A DNA stretch of 64,000 nucleotides from Verrucomicrobiota bacterium (lineage in GTDB: Bacteria; Verrucomicrobiota; Verrucomicrobiia; Limisphaerales; SIBE01), in contig JAXMHN010000017.1 in NCBI GenBank assembly GCA_046346765.1, forward strand, positions 5,437 through 69,436, given 5' to 3'. Each line of letters begins with the position of its first letter. Position 1 is the first letter of the stretch. This document shows positions 9,181 through 20,202 of this stretch, one piece after another. The notes beneath the pieces were generated by a model, which was not told the origin of the DNA, did no database searches, and saw only the letters and a program-made list of their open reading frames with translations. Position numbers and translations under genes: made by a program.

Positions 9181-11682
9181 TTACCGCTTGGCGCGGTAGA
9201 ACTTGGCGGCCGCATCTGGCGTGACCGCGAGCGGGCTCTTGTCGCTGACCTCTGTCCAAGGTCCGGACACGCTATCCGCGGACTCGAGTTTCCCTTCGAA
9301 GGTGATAGACAGGCCGGTGGCGGTGCGTTCGATGCTGATCGCAGGGCCTTCCACGGCGGTGACTTCAACCAATTGAATGGCATTGATGGGCGCCCGCGGT
9401 GTCGCGCTAAACCCGTAGCCATTTTCCGTCGTCGCTTCGACCGTGATCGCGGCCGCGGTCAGGTCTTTGAAGACGAAGAAGTTGCCCGCAGCATAGTTGG
9501 TAGAGCTCGGGTTGATCAGCGCTTCGACGTAAGCGGTTGAGTTGGTGTTACCCACCACGCGCACGTAATCCTTGAGCACCTGTTTCGTCGCTGCGTCGAG
9601 GACGCGGTAAGCTCCACCGCGCCCGCCCACGCCGCCAATGGCATAGACGTAGACGTCGTAGCCGTTGCCGGTCAATTGGGCCGGAATGTTGGTGATGGTC
9701 ACCGTGCTCGTGGTCGCGCTACCCGAATCCAGATAACCGATGGTCAGCGCTTTGTCCGCGCCGGTGAGGAAGTTGTTCGTCTCACCGCGGCTGCCGGTGC
9801 TTGCCCAGGTGTTGTTAGACACCCATGACACCGTTACGTCCGTGTTGGTAGATGTTTCGTAATCAGTATCGGCAACCAGGTTGTTGACGTTGGTGCCGTT
9901 CTGACCCGTGAGGTTGTTCCAGTGGGCCTGCGGCAATGCTCCGGCCACATCGAGCGGCGCCAAGACACCGAGGTTGGCTCCGTTCGGTTCTTCGGAGGCG
10001 AAGTTAAGCCCAATGGTGTATGGCCGGAGATTCGGGACCGGCGCAACGATTCCAGGCAGGGCGCTGACTGGTGTTCCTTGGCCTCCGTTGTAGAGGGTGG
10101 CAATTTCCTGCGGGGCCAGGACTCGATTCCAAAGGCCGATGTCGTCGAGTTCGCCGACCCATTGTCGGTTCAATGCTTCTGGGTTTTCACCGATGAGCAG
10201 GTTGGCTGTGCCGGCCTGGAGCGCCGGTTTATTGGTATTGACCCCGTGGATCACACCGTCGATATAGAGCGCCGTGCCGAACTTGGCCGCGGTCGCGTCT
10301 GTGATCGCGACGAAGTGATGCCACTTGCCATCATTGACAGGCGGCGTGTCACCGGGACCTTCCCCAATGCCGCCGGCGTAAGCAATCGAGGTGTCACCCG
10401 CGATCACGCCGTCGCTTCGACGGGCCAATCGGTAGTTGGAGTTCTCGCCCTTGGCGATGAGGGCCTGCCACGATTTGTCGAAGGCGTCCACTTTGAACCA
10501 TCCAGCGATGGAGAGGCTGCCATTGGCAAACTGCAGGGTGTTGCTGCTTCCCGGAATCTCCACGTAGTTCGTTCCGGTGAGTTTGAGGGACTTCCCGAAC
10601 CCAGCCAACGGGGCATCGGTGAAGGCTACCGGCACTTTGCCTCGGGCGGCGCCATCGAAGCCGTTGATTGCATCGGCCAGGTGCCCATCGAAGCTCCAAT
10701 ACGCCGTCAAGCCAGTGGTAATTGTGCCGCCGACGGTGGCCGGCGCCGTCAGGGTTGCCGCCTCGGGCATCGCGTCGCCCACCGGTGTCTTCACGCCGGT
10801 AACGGTGACTGCGAATGCATTGGTCGGCACTGCCGAGACACCCAGGATCACGTAGTTGGGGCTGACGAGTGTGGCCGAGGTCACGGTTGCTCCATCGACC
10901 GTGTAATTGGCGACGTTGGTCGCGCTGCCCGCGCTGATCGGCCGGTCAAACAACACCCCGACGCCACCTTCAAGAGCGCCAACTTCAACCAGTTCAGGCG
11001 GCGTTCCGCCCGCCGGGTAATCGAGTTGGCTCGGCGGCAAGATGCCTCGCGTCACTTTGAGGCGATCCAGGAGACCGGTGTACTGGAGGCCGTAGGTCGG
11101 TTCCGAACCGATGTAGAAGACCTGGTTGGTGCGCGTGAAGATCACGCTGCCGGTGTAAGCCTGCGTGTCAGCGAGGACGCCGTCCACGAAGAAACGGAAC
11201 TCCTTCGCGTTCTCGTGCACAACCGCGATATGATGCCAGTTCCCGTCGTCTGGGATCTTGGCATTGGACGATTGATCTTTGACCCCCAAGGTCGTCACGA
11301 AGACTGTCCGGTTGGTAAAGATCGAGAAGGACAACGCCCCGCCAGGCCCGTTGTTGTAATAGAACACCTGCCGGGTCGCGGGATTACCGTTGAGCTTGAC
11401 CCAAGCTTGCATCGTAAACGAAGGATTCGCCTGGTCGAGTTGCACCACGGTATTGGTGTCCGGGACGATGACTTGCGTTCCCGGGGCGAAGCTGAGGGCG
11501 AAGTCATTGGTCTTGCGGCTGGGCGTATCGCTGGTCCATTTCGGTGCCGGGTTCGGCACGGCCGGGAGGGCGGCGGTGCCAGCGCTGGCAAATGGCCAGT
11601 TGCTGAAGCGTAGGCGACAACCGTGTTGGTCAAAACGGCCTTGGCGGTTGGTGGCGACGTTGTCCAAGTCCGCACCGTCCAA
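9181..11682 (-). CDS. LamG (concanavalin-like) repeat surface protein; probably the C-terminal part of one large adhesin gene
   Basis: 833-aa ORF whose listed start is TTG inside a LamG strand; the same frame continues upstream as ..GSIDRFRIHNGALDGADL... LamG signatures: GNWHHIAVVHENAKEFRFFVDGVL and DGKWHHFVAITD..ALYIDGV..LDDIGLWNRVL. The C-terminal module ends in KFYRAKR. Confidence 0.75.
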   Translation of the reverse strand: MDGADLDNVATNRQGRFDQHGCRLRFSNWPFASAGTAALPAVPNPAPKWTSDTPSRKTNDFALSFAPGTQVIVPDTNTVVQLDQANPSFTMQAWVKLNGNPATRQVFYYNNGPGGALSFSIFTNRTVFVTTLGVKDQSSNAKIPDDGNWHHIAVVHENAKEFRFFVDGVLADTQAYTGSVIFTRTNQVFYIGSEPTYGLQYTGLLDRLKVTRGILPPSQLDYPAGGTPPELVEVGALEGGVGVLFDRPISAGSATNVANYTVDGATVTSATLVSPNYVILGVSAVPTNAFAVTVTGVKTPVGDAMPEAATLTAPATVGGTITTGLTAYWSFDGHLADAINGFDGAARGKVPVAFTDAPLAGFGKSLKLTGTNYVEIPGSSNTLQFANGSLSIAGWFKVDAFDKSWQALIAKGENSNYRLARRSDGVIAGDTSIAYAGGIGEGPGDTPPVNDGKWHHFVAITDATAAKFGTALYIDGVIHGVNTNKPALQAGTANLLIGENPEALNRQWVGELDDIGLWNRVLAPQEIATLYNGGQGTPVSALPGIVAPVPNLRPYTIGLNFASEEPNGANLGVLAPLDVAGALPQAHWNNLTGQNGTNVNNLVADTDYETSTNTDVTVSWVSNNTWASTGSRGETNNFLTGADKALTIGYLDSGSATTSTVTITNIPAQLTGNGYDVYVYAIGGVGGRGGAYRVLDAATKQVLKDYVRVVGNTNSTAYVEALINPSSTNYAAGNFFVFKDLTAAAITVEATTENGYGFSATPRAPINAIQLVEVTAVEGPAISIERTATGLSITFEGKLESADSVSGPWTEVSDKSPLAVTPDAAAKFYRAKR

Positions 11683-12304
11683 CGCTCCGTTGTGGATGCG
11701 GAAGCGGTCGATCGAACCTGGAAGGCATTGACCATCGGTGCGGCGCCAACGTTTTCGGCTCCGATAGTCAGGTAGTTATTTCGATAGCCCGCGGCACGCG
11801 CTTCCCAGCAATGTTCGTCACGGAAGTGCTGTCGAGGAAGAATCCTGACGCCCGTGCCGGGCTCCCAGACTGCAGCGACATGATGCCAGCCATTGGTCGG
11901 ATAAATGCCGCTGTTGATGCCGACAATCCCGTAGAGGGTGAATTCGGAGTTGCTGATTGTTGAGACCCAGTTTCAGATGAGCCGTGAGCGGCCAACCTTC
12001 GTAGGTGCGCGTGTCGTTGGTGGCAATGTTGATCCAGGTCTCGATGGTGAAGGGCGTTGGTGGCGAAGGCCAGAGTCTTGCCGATGCGATCGTTGACGAC
12101 CAGCGGCTTGAGTGGTCTTGTTGGCTTGTTGAGCGTGACCGCCCGGTCGCCAGCGGTGCCGGCAGGGCTGCGGGTGGTAACTACCGGGACGTTGTTGGAG
12201 TCGATCCCGATGCCGATACCGAGTGTGCCGACGAGATCATGAACCGCGTCCACCGTGTTGGTTCCTTTGCCTTCGTTGAAGGGGAAGTCCAGCACGGTCA
12301 CCAC
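11650..12304 (-). pseudogene. frameshift-disrupted LamG domain joining ORFs 11768..15016 and 9181..11682
   Basis: Own three-frame translation gives a coherent LamG domain only when hopping frames at least 5 times. The successive pieces are FTIETWINIATNDTRTYEGWPLTAHLKLGLNN, NSEFTLYGIVGINSGIYPTNGWHHVAAVWEPGTGVR, FFLDSTSVTNIAG, NNYLTIGAENVGAAPMVNAFQ and GSIDRFRIHNGAL. Confidence 0.6.
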
Positions 12305-15016
12305 CGTGGGCGCCTTTACGCCTGGGACAGTGCTGAGCGCCAGGCCTTGGCCGCCGTTGTAGAGCGCGGTGACTTCCTTCGAGGTGAGCACCCGGTTCCA
12401 GATGCTGATATCGTCAATCTGACCTGTCCACTGGCGGTTGAGCGCGTCGGGATTCTCGCCAATCAACAGGTTCTTCGCGCTCGCGGTCAGGGCCGGCTTG
12501 TTCGTGTTGACCGAATGTCGCACCCCGTCGATGTAAAGGGCCGTCCCAAATTCCGTCACTTTGGAATCGGTCACCGCCACAAAATGATGCCACTTGCCAT
12601 CATTGACTGGCGGCGTATCCGCGGCGCCTTCACCAACTCCGCCGGCATAGGCAATCGAACTGTCGTTGGTGATGACTCCATCGCTTCGGCGCGCCACCCG
12701 GTAATTCGAGTTTTCGCCTTTGGCGATCAGTGCTTGCCACGACTTGTCGAACGCCTCCACTTTGAACCATCCGGCGATGGAGAGGCTGCCATTGGGCGAA
12801 TCCAGCCCGTTGACCGGTCCGCCAGTGATCTCGACCCAATTGGTCCCGTCCAGTTTGAGGGCTTTGCCGAAGCCGGCCTGGCTGTCCACGAATTCCACTG
12901 GATCCTTGCCCCGCGCCGTCCCATGGAAATCGTTGACGGAATCATAGAGAGTCCCATCGAAGTTCCAGTAGGCCAACAGACCGTCGAGGGAAGGTGGAGC
13001 GGCTGCCGGCGCGGCTGGCTGCGGCCCGTAAAACAGGCTGACATTGTTCGTGGTCACATCCGCCCCATTAACCCGGAGGTGGAAATTGGCTCCGCCATGA
13101 TGAGCCGGATCGGGGTTGCCGGAGTGGTTGAGCTTGTCGCCGGTGCCATCATCGGTCCAGTCGCCGTTGAAATAGGTGACTTCAATCGGGTAAAGGCCGG
13201 CGGCGGCGAAGACCACATTGGCATCGACTGTGGCATCGCCGTGGCTGCCATCGTTGTTGACGATGTCCAGACCGGCAATGGTAATGCGGGAACCGTCATC
13301 CGAAGTGGTGCCCAGCTTGACCGTCTTGGGCGTGGTGACATTCAGCCAGCCTGTGAATCGGAAGGCGCCGTCATCGAGGTTATCGACCGAGCCGCTATAG
13401 GATTTCGCATCCGCGCTCAGCCAGTTGGTGATCGAAGTGAGATCGTTGCCGAGGTACACCAAGCTGTTCGCCTGGAAGGTTCCGGTCGGAGGCCCGAATC
13501 CGTCCAGCAACGCGTCGATACGGTTGGTCGGATTGGTCGCGCCATCCAACGGGATGGAGTAAACCGGACGCCGCCAGTATTCGCCGTAAAGGCTGCTGCC
13601 CCCGTTGGTCGATGCGGGGGTGGTGGCTAACGGGGGAGCTGCCGCCAGGTAAGGAGGCACCAGAATGCCGGGGCCGGTCGGAGAGAGGACTTGCACCGTG
13701 TTGGTAGTGACGTCGGCGCCGTTAATGCGCAGGTGGAAATTGGCTCCGCCATGATGGGCCGGGTCCGGGTTGCCGGAATGGTTGAGCCTGTCGCCGGTGC
13801 CGTCGTCGGTCCAGTCGCCGTTGAAATAGGTGACTTCAATCGGGTAGAGGCCAGCCGCGGTGAAGAAGACGTTGGTGTCGACCGTGGCGTCGCCATGGCT
13901 GCCGTCATTATTGACGATGTCGATACCGCCGATGCTGATGCGGGAACCGTCGTCGGACGTGGTCCCCAGCTTCACGGTCGCGCCCGCGTTGGTGACGTTA
14001 ATGAAGCCGGTGAAGTGGAAGGCGCCATCGTCGAGGTTGTTGGTTGTGCCAACAAAAGACTTGGCGTCGATGTCCAACCAATTGGTTATACCGGTCAGAT
14101 CATTGCCGAGATAGACCAGCTTGGTCGCTTTAAAGGTTCCTTGGGGCGAGCCGAAGCCGAGGATCAGCTCATCGATGCGATTGGTTGGGTTGGTCGCGCC
14201 GTCCAGGGGAATGGAATAGACCGGCCGCTTCCAGTATTCGCCATTGAGGCTGCCTGCGGGCTTGGCCAGGGGAGCCCCGACCGCGTAGGTCGACGGCACG
14301 ATGACCGAACCGGCGTCCGAGTAGAACATCGCCGCGTTGTTGGTGTTCACGTCCGCACCCGCCACGCGGAGGTGGAAATTAGCCCCGCCATGATGGGCCG
14401 GATCCGGGTTGCCGGAATGGTTGAGCTTGTCGCCGGTGCCGTCGTCGGTCCAATCGCCGTTGAAGTAAGTGACTTCGATGGGGTAGACGCCCGCTGCGGC
14501 AAAGACCACATTGGTGTCGACGGTGGCGTCGCCGTGGCTGCCGTCGTTGTTGACAATGTCAACGCCGCCGATCGTGATGCGCGAGCCGTCGTCGGAAGTC
14601 GTGCCGAGCGAGACGGTGCCTGCGTTGGTCACGTTCAGGAACCCGGACAGTCGGAAGACACCGTCATCCAGGTTGTTCGTCTGGCCGGCGAAGGACGTGG
14701 CATCGGCCCCCAGCCAGTTGGTCACGTGCGTGAGGTCGTTGCCAAGGTAGACGAATTTGGTGGCTTTGAACGTGCCTGACGGTTGGCCAAAACCCGCAAT
14801 CAGATTGTCAATCCGATTGGTGGGATTGGTCGACCCGTCCAATGGAACGGAGACAGGCGGCCGCTTCCAGTATTCACCTCTGAGGTTGCCGCCCTTGGTT
14901 GTGAGCGGCGCACGCACCATGAGGTTCGTGGGTATGTTGATCTGGGCCTGCGCAGAGCAGGCCGTGACCATGGCAAACAGGACGGCGAGCTTGGTCTTAG
15001 TTTTGGAGGAGTACAT
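11768..15016 (-). CDS. secreted adhesin-like protein: signal peptide, three tandem PA14 domains, LamG domain (last ~95 residues of the listed ORF are out of frame)
   Basis: ATG start and signal-like MYSSKTKTKLAVLFAMVTACSAQA. Three roughly 180-aa PA14-type repeats (..GEYWKRP..NNLDDG..LGTTSDDGSRI..YPIEVTYFNG..). The LamG domain at aa 680-899 is paralogous to aa 325-545 of the downstream ORF. Confidence 0.8.
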   Translation of the reverse strand: MYSSKTKTKLAVLFAMVTACSAQAQINIPTNLMVRAPLTTKGGNLRGEYWKRPPVSVPLDGSTNPTNRIDNLIAGFGQPSGTFKATKFVYLGNDLTHVTNWLGADATSFAGQTNNLDDGVFRLSGFLNVTNAGTVSLGTTSDDGSRITIGGVDIVNNDGSHGDATVDTNVVFAAAGVYPIEVTYFNGDWTDDGTGDKLNHSGNPDPAHHGGANFHLRVAGADVNTNNAAMFYSDAGSVIVPSTYAVGAPLAKPAGSLNGEYWKRPVYSIPLDGATNPTNRIDELILGFGSPQGTFKATKLVYLGNDLTGITNWLDIDAKSFVGTTNNLDDGAFHFTGFINVTNAGATVKLGTTSDDGSRISIGGIDIVNNDGSHGDATVDTNVFFTAAGLYPIEVTYFNGDWTDDGTGDRLNHSGNPDPAHHGGANFHLRINGADVTTNTVQVLSPTGPGILVPPYLAAAPPLATTPASTNGGSSLYGEYWRRPVYSIPLDGATNPTNRIDALLDGFGPPTGTFQANSLVYLGNDLTSITNWLSADAKSYSGSVDNLDDGAFRFTGWLNVTTPKTVKLGTTSDDGSRITIAGLDIVNNDGSHGDATVDANVVFAAAGLYPIEVTYFNGDWTDDGTGDKLNHSGNPDPAHHGGANFHLRVNGADVTTNNVSLFYGPQPAAPAAAPPSLDGLLAYWNFDGTLYDSVNDFHGTARGKDPVEFVDSQAGFGKALKLDGTNWVEITGGPVNGLDSPNGSLSIAGWFKVEAFDKSWQALIAKGENSNYRVARRSDGVITNDSSIAYAGGVGEGAADTPPVNDGKWHHFVAVTDSKVTEFGTALYIDGVRHSVNTNKPALTASAKNLLIGENPDALNRQWTGQIDDISIWNRVLTSKEVTALYNGGQGLALSTVPGVKAPTVVTVLDFPFNEGKGTNTVDAVHDLVGTLGIGIGIDSNNVPVVTTRSPAGTAGDRAVTLNKPTRPLKPLVVNDRIGKTLAFATNALHHRDLDQHCHQRHAHLRRLAAHGSSETGSQQSATPNSPSTGLSASTAAFIRPMAGIMSLQSGSPARASGFFLDSTSVTNIAGKRVPRAIEITT
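13052..14884 (-). repeat. three tandem intragenic PA14-domain repeats (periods about 636 and 657 nt)
   Basis: The protein repeats start at aa 45, 257 and 476 of the 1082-aa ORF. Stretches compared by eye (around 13081, 13735 and 14371) also look highly similar at nucleotide level. Confidence 0.85.
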
Positions 15017-15310
15017 AAGGGAACCCGAACCCTTCCCGGGGTTGGCGGAGTTGGTTATTGTTCGGCTGGTCCATGAACGGCGGTAACACCGACAATGCGA
15101 ATGAACTTAACTGCGAAACCGCGCCGAAACTGCAATTGGAACAGCCGCTAGGAAATCACTATCTCAAAAGGAATGCAACGGCAAAATGGCAGTATAGCGG
15201 GGCGAACGGGAAGAAACTGGGGGTGAACCTGGCGGACCGCTGCTGAGAGAAGGGGAAAAGACCGGGAACCACGGCCCTGCGACCAATCCCAATCCGAGGC
15301 AATAGCGGCC

Positions 15311-15478
15311 TTACGAGGTGCTCTTTTCGCCGAAAAGCCCGTCGATGAAAACCCCGATCAGGAAGACGCCGAAGAAGGCCTTACCCAAACCATTGGTGAT
15401 GGCGTGATGCCGTCCAACAAACGCAATCACCAATGAAAGGACGGCCAAAGCTAGAAACGCTTTTGACAAAGTCGACAT
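15311..15478 (-). CDS. small (55 aa) two-helix membrane protein, hypothetical
   Basis: Own translation: MSTLSKAFLALAVLSLVIAFVGRHHAITNGLGKAFFGVFLIGVFIDGLFGEKSTS. ATG start, TAA stop. It falls below the ORF-track length cut-off. Same strand as, and upstream of, the adhesin gene. Confidence 0.35.
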   Translation of the reverse strand: MSTLSKAFLALAVLSLVIAFVGRHHAITNGLGKAFFGVFLIGVFIDGLFGEKSTS

Positions 15479-15661
15479 AATGCTTGCCTAACGGTCGGCT
15501 CACTCTAGCGCGTCGGGCCCCGGATGCAAGTGCGATGCGGCTCTCAAGTTTCCGCCCGCCTTGCTGGATCAACCTTCCGAAGGCCGAATCCGACCCAGCC
15601 GCTGGCCACGCTGCGCCGCCGGCAAATAGCTGGTTTGGCTTCGCTCTCGCTCACGCGTTGA

Positions 15662-17742
15662 ATGTCTTTGCCCATGCGCAAATGCGGCGGTAAACCGGGG
15701 TGTCGGTCGTCTCCGATCACCCTGTTGGCCCTGGTTGCCTCCCTCGGAGTGGCTATCCTCCTCTGGCGCAACAGCCAAGCTGAAGTCCTGAGCCACGCCC
15801 GCGCGCGCTTTCAATTCCGCACCCACGAAGTCGAAATAGCCCTTCGGCAGCGCATGCTCGCTTATGAGCAGGTGTTGCGCGGCGGGGCCGGCCTGATCAC
15901 GCCCTTCGATGCCCGGACCCGCGATAAGTGGCGGATTTACGTCGAACGTCTGCAAATTGACCGCAATTTCCCGGGGATCCAAGGGATTGGATTCTCGGAG
16001 CGAATCCCGAGAAGCCAGCTCGAGCAGCATATCCTGGCTGTCCAGGCCGATGGCTTTCCCAACTACACCGTCCGCCCACCGGGCAATCGAAGAGTATACC
16101 TCCATCGTTTATCTTGAACCCTTTGACTGGCGAAACCAGCGCGCCTTCGGTTACGACATGTTCTCCGAACCGGTCCGCCACGTGGCCATGGTCCTCGCAC
16201 GCGATACCGGCGAGGCGGCCCTTTCCGGCAAAGTCATCCTGGTGCAGGAAACGGAGGCGAATGTGCAGCCGGGCTTTCATGTACTCCGCCGGCTTACAAG
16301 AAGGATGGCGACCGATACCGTCCAAGCCCGGCGACAAGCATTGGTCGGATATGTTTACAGCCCCTTTCGCGCTCGGGACCTGATGAGCGGGATCGTTGGC
16401 GAGGGCCATGCCTCAGAGCGTCGATTTGGACCTCCACATCTACGACGGATCAACCCTGTCAGACGCCACGTTGCTGTATGACGATGACTCCGGGCGATCT
16501 CACGCAGGGCACCACCCGCTCTTTGTTCGCTCCGCCTCGGTCACAATCAATAAGCATCTCTGGACCATCCGATTTGCCTCCATGCCTCTGTTTGAGGCGA
16601 GTATCGATCAGCAAGGGCCCCTCACGGTCCTTGCGACCGGCGTGGTCATCAGCCTCCTCCTCTCGGCTCTGCTTTGGTTCCTGACGACCAGCCACCAACT
16701 CAATGCTGAACTCGAGCAGCGCGTCGCGGAACGGACCGCCGAATTGCACCGCGAAATCGCGGAACGCCAGCGGGCGGAAGCCGAAATCCTGGAATTGAAC
16801 CAGCACCTCGAAGGCAGAGTCGCTGAACGGACGGCCGAGATTGAACAAATGCACCGGCAGTTGATGCTCGCCTCGCGCCAGGCAGGGATGGCCGAAGTGG
16901 CGACCAGTGTCCTGCACAATGTTGGCAACGTGCTGAACAGCGTGAATGTATCGGCAACCTTGGTCGCGGACAGGCTCCGTGGGTCCAAGACCTCCGGCCT
17001 CGTCAAGATAGCCGGCCTGGTCAAAGACCACGAAAACGATCTGGAATCCTTCTTCAGCCGCGATCCGAAAGGGCGGCAAGTCCCCAGCTATCTGCTGAAG
17101 TTAAGTGAACACTTGACCTCCGAACGGAGTGCGCTCGTGGAAGAAGCCGAACTGCTGCGCAAAAATGTGGAGCATATCCGGGAAATTGTGGCGATGCAGC
17201 AGAACTATGGCCGCCTCTGCGGTGTGCTCGAAAGCGTCCGGCTCGCGGATTTGGTCGAAGACAGTCTCCGGATCAACGCTACCGGCATTAGCCGCGGCGC
17301 GTTGCAAATCGTTCGACAATATGAAGATGTGCCTCCGTTGACGGTCGACAAGCATCAGGTCCTGCAAATCCTCGTCAACCTGATCCGCAATGCCCAGGAC
17401 GCTTGCCAGCAAAGTGGCCGAACGGATGGCCGCTTGACCCTCAGCGTCAAGCTCAGCGGCGATCGCGCTCAGGTCATTGTGACCGACAACGGCATCGGCA
17501 TCGAAGGCGCCAACTTGACGCGCATCTTCGGCCACGGTTTCACCACTCGCAAGAACGGCCACGGCTTTGGACTTCATGGCGGGGCGTTGGCGGCTAAAGA
17601 TCTGGGTGGCGCATTGTCTGCCTACAGTGCCGGCCCCGGCCAGGGGGCCAGTTTCACCCTCGAATTGCCCTTGGCCCCGCCAAAGCGATCCGTTAATGGG
17701 TCAGTGCTTGAACCTTTGACCGCGATCGATGCTCAGATCTGA
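15662..17742 (+). pseudogene. CHASE-domain sensor histidine kinase, reading frame broken at least 3 times between about 16080 and 16400
   Basis: The CHASE sequence runs across ORFs 15662..16117, 15909..16481, 16114..16383 and 16396..17742 in different frames (..NFPGIQGIGF.., ..EEYTSIVYLEPFDWRNQRAFGYDMFSEPVRHVAM.., ..RRQALVGYVYSPFRARDLM..). It is followed by a TM segment, a coiled coil, the H-box region MAEVATSVLHNVGNVLNS and an HATPase (DNGIGI..GHGFGL). Confidence 0.75.
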
Positions 17743-17792
17743 TCCGCTCCTCCTCGCGTCCTTCCCGACAGCCACCACACTCCGTTCGAGGC

Positions 17793-17818
17793 AAACCCGA
17801 TCACCATCGGGTTTTATC
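17793..17818 (+). terminator. putative intrinsic terminator after the histidine kinase
   Basis: AAACCCGAT-CACC-ATCGGGTTT hairpin followed by T. The ATCGGGTTT unit is then reiterated about 3 times (17806-17845). Confidence 0.4.
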
Positions 17819-17888
17819 GGGTTTCGATCGGGGTTTCATCGAGGGTAGTGCGGGTCTAGGCCGGGACGGAGACGGTTTAACTTGTGGT

Positions 17889-18014
17889 GGTAGGACGCGC
17901 TCTCTGGGCGCGCTGCTTTGGAGTTCGGACGTTGGGGATAGGGCGTCGCTCTCCGAGCGCGCCGCTTGGAGATTGCAAACATCGGAACGGCTCGCGCAGG
18001 CGCGACCCCTCAGA
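17889..18014. repeat. GC-rich hairpin-forming direct repeats in a convergent intergenic region
   Basis: Two roughly 35-nt similar units: GGTAGGACGCGCTCTCTGGGCGCGCTGCTTTGGAG and GGATAGGGCGTCGCTCTCCGAGCGCGCCGCTTGGAG. Each contains an inverted repeat. A third palindrome follows: TCGCGCAGGCGCGA. Confidence 0.35.
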
Positions 18015-18019
18015 TCATC

Positions 18020-18775
18020 TTCAAAGCGCTCCGAAGCGGCGATGACGTCGGGCGTATTCCTCAAGCGCTTCAAAGAATTGGGCCCGGCGGAAATCCGCCA
18101 AAGCGCTCCGTCACGACCAATTCAGCGTAGGATATCTGCCAGAGGAGAAAGTTGCTTACCCGCATTTCACCGCTCGTTCTGATGAGCAAATCGGGATCCG
18201 GGAAGTGTCGGCATAGAGATACCCGGCGAGAACCTTTTCACGATCTCGGCTGGCTCAAGGCGGCCGTCCTGACTTCCTGAGCGAGGCTGCGGACGGCGTC
18301 GACGATCTCGCGGGTGCGGCCGCCGCCGTAGCTGAGGGCCAGGATGAGGGTGAGGCCGTTGTTTTTGGCGAGAGCGGCTGGTTTTCTGTGTAATTGTTCC
18401 TGGACGAACTCCGGGAGGCGGTAGATTTGTCCGATGGCTTCGAGGCGGACATTGCTACGGTTCAATTCGGCTATTTCCGTCTTGAGGTATCGGGCGAGGT
18501 AACGCATCAAGGTATCGACCTCGTCCTTGGCTTATCCAGTTTTCAACGAGAAGGGCGGCGTAGGTGAGGGGATGACGCCGATTTCGGCGCTGGCGGTGCG
18601 GACGATGGCGCATTGAATTCGACGCCGTTGCGATGGCCTTCGGACGCGGGGAGGTGGCGTTGTTTGGCCCAGACGGCCGTTGCCATCCATGATGATGGCG
18701 ACATGGGCCTATGCAGGAGGTGCCGAAGCCGCGGCTGGATGAGGATGCGCAGCAGTCACACCATTCGACAATACC
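18020..18775 (-). pseudogene. uppS: undecaprenyl-diphosphate synthase (isoprenyl transferase), multiple frame disruptions
   Basis: UppS motifs are found only by frame hopping: [76 protein letters not shown], and the tail [23 protein letters not shown] with its stop at 18020-18022. The 5' end is approximate. Confidence 0.75.
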
Positions 18776-18831
18776 TTCCACCTGCCGGGATTCAGGCCCG
18801 ATTCTGCATCTCGCGCTTGCGCGGGAACAAC

Positions 18832-20090
<1,259 letters not shown>

Positions 20091-20202
20091 AATTCTCTTC
20101 GTCGGATACAGACACAAAAAGCCCCGGCCCTCAGAGCGCGCCGGGTGCAACCGGCTCAAACAGGCAATTTACTAACCATCCTCCCCATCCGTCAAGCCAA
20201 CT

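Noticed and set aside
9922-14779. Long antisense ORFs 9922..11613 (563 aa), 12005..13630 (541 aa) and 13691..14779 (362 aa) opposite the adhesin gene
   Set aside because: These are typical shadow ORFs of a high-GC coding strand, with Arg/Gly/Val-rich low-complexity translations and no recognisable motifs. The sense strand has unambiguous PA14 and LamG domains.
13052-14884. Possible CRISPR array or IS copies, suggested by repeated sequence in the ORF shadows
   Set aside because: The repeats are about 640-nt coding units of one ORF (PA14 domains), not short repeats with unique spacers. No cas, transposase or integrase genes occur anywhere in the window.
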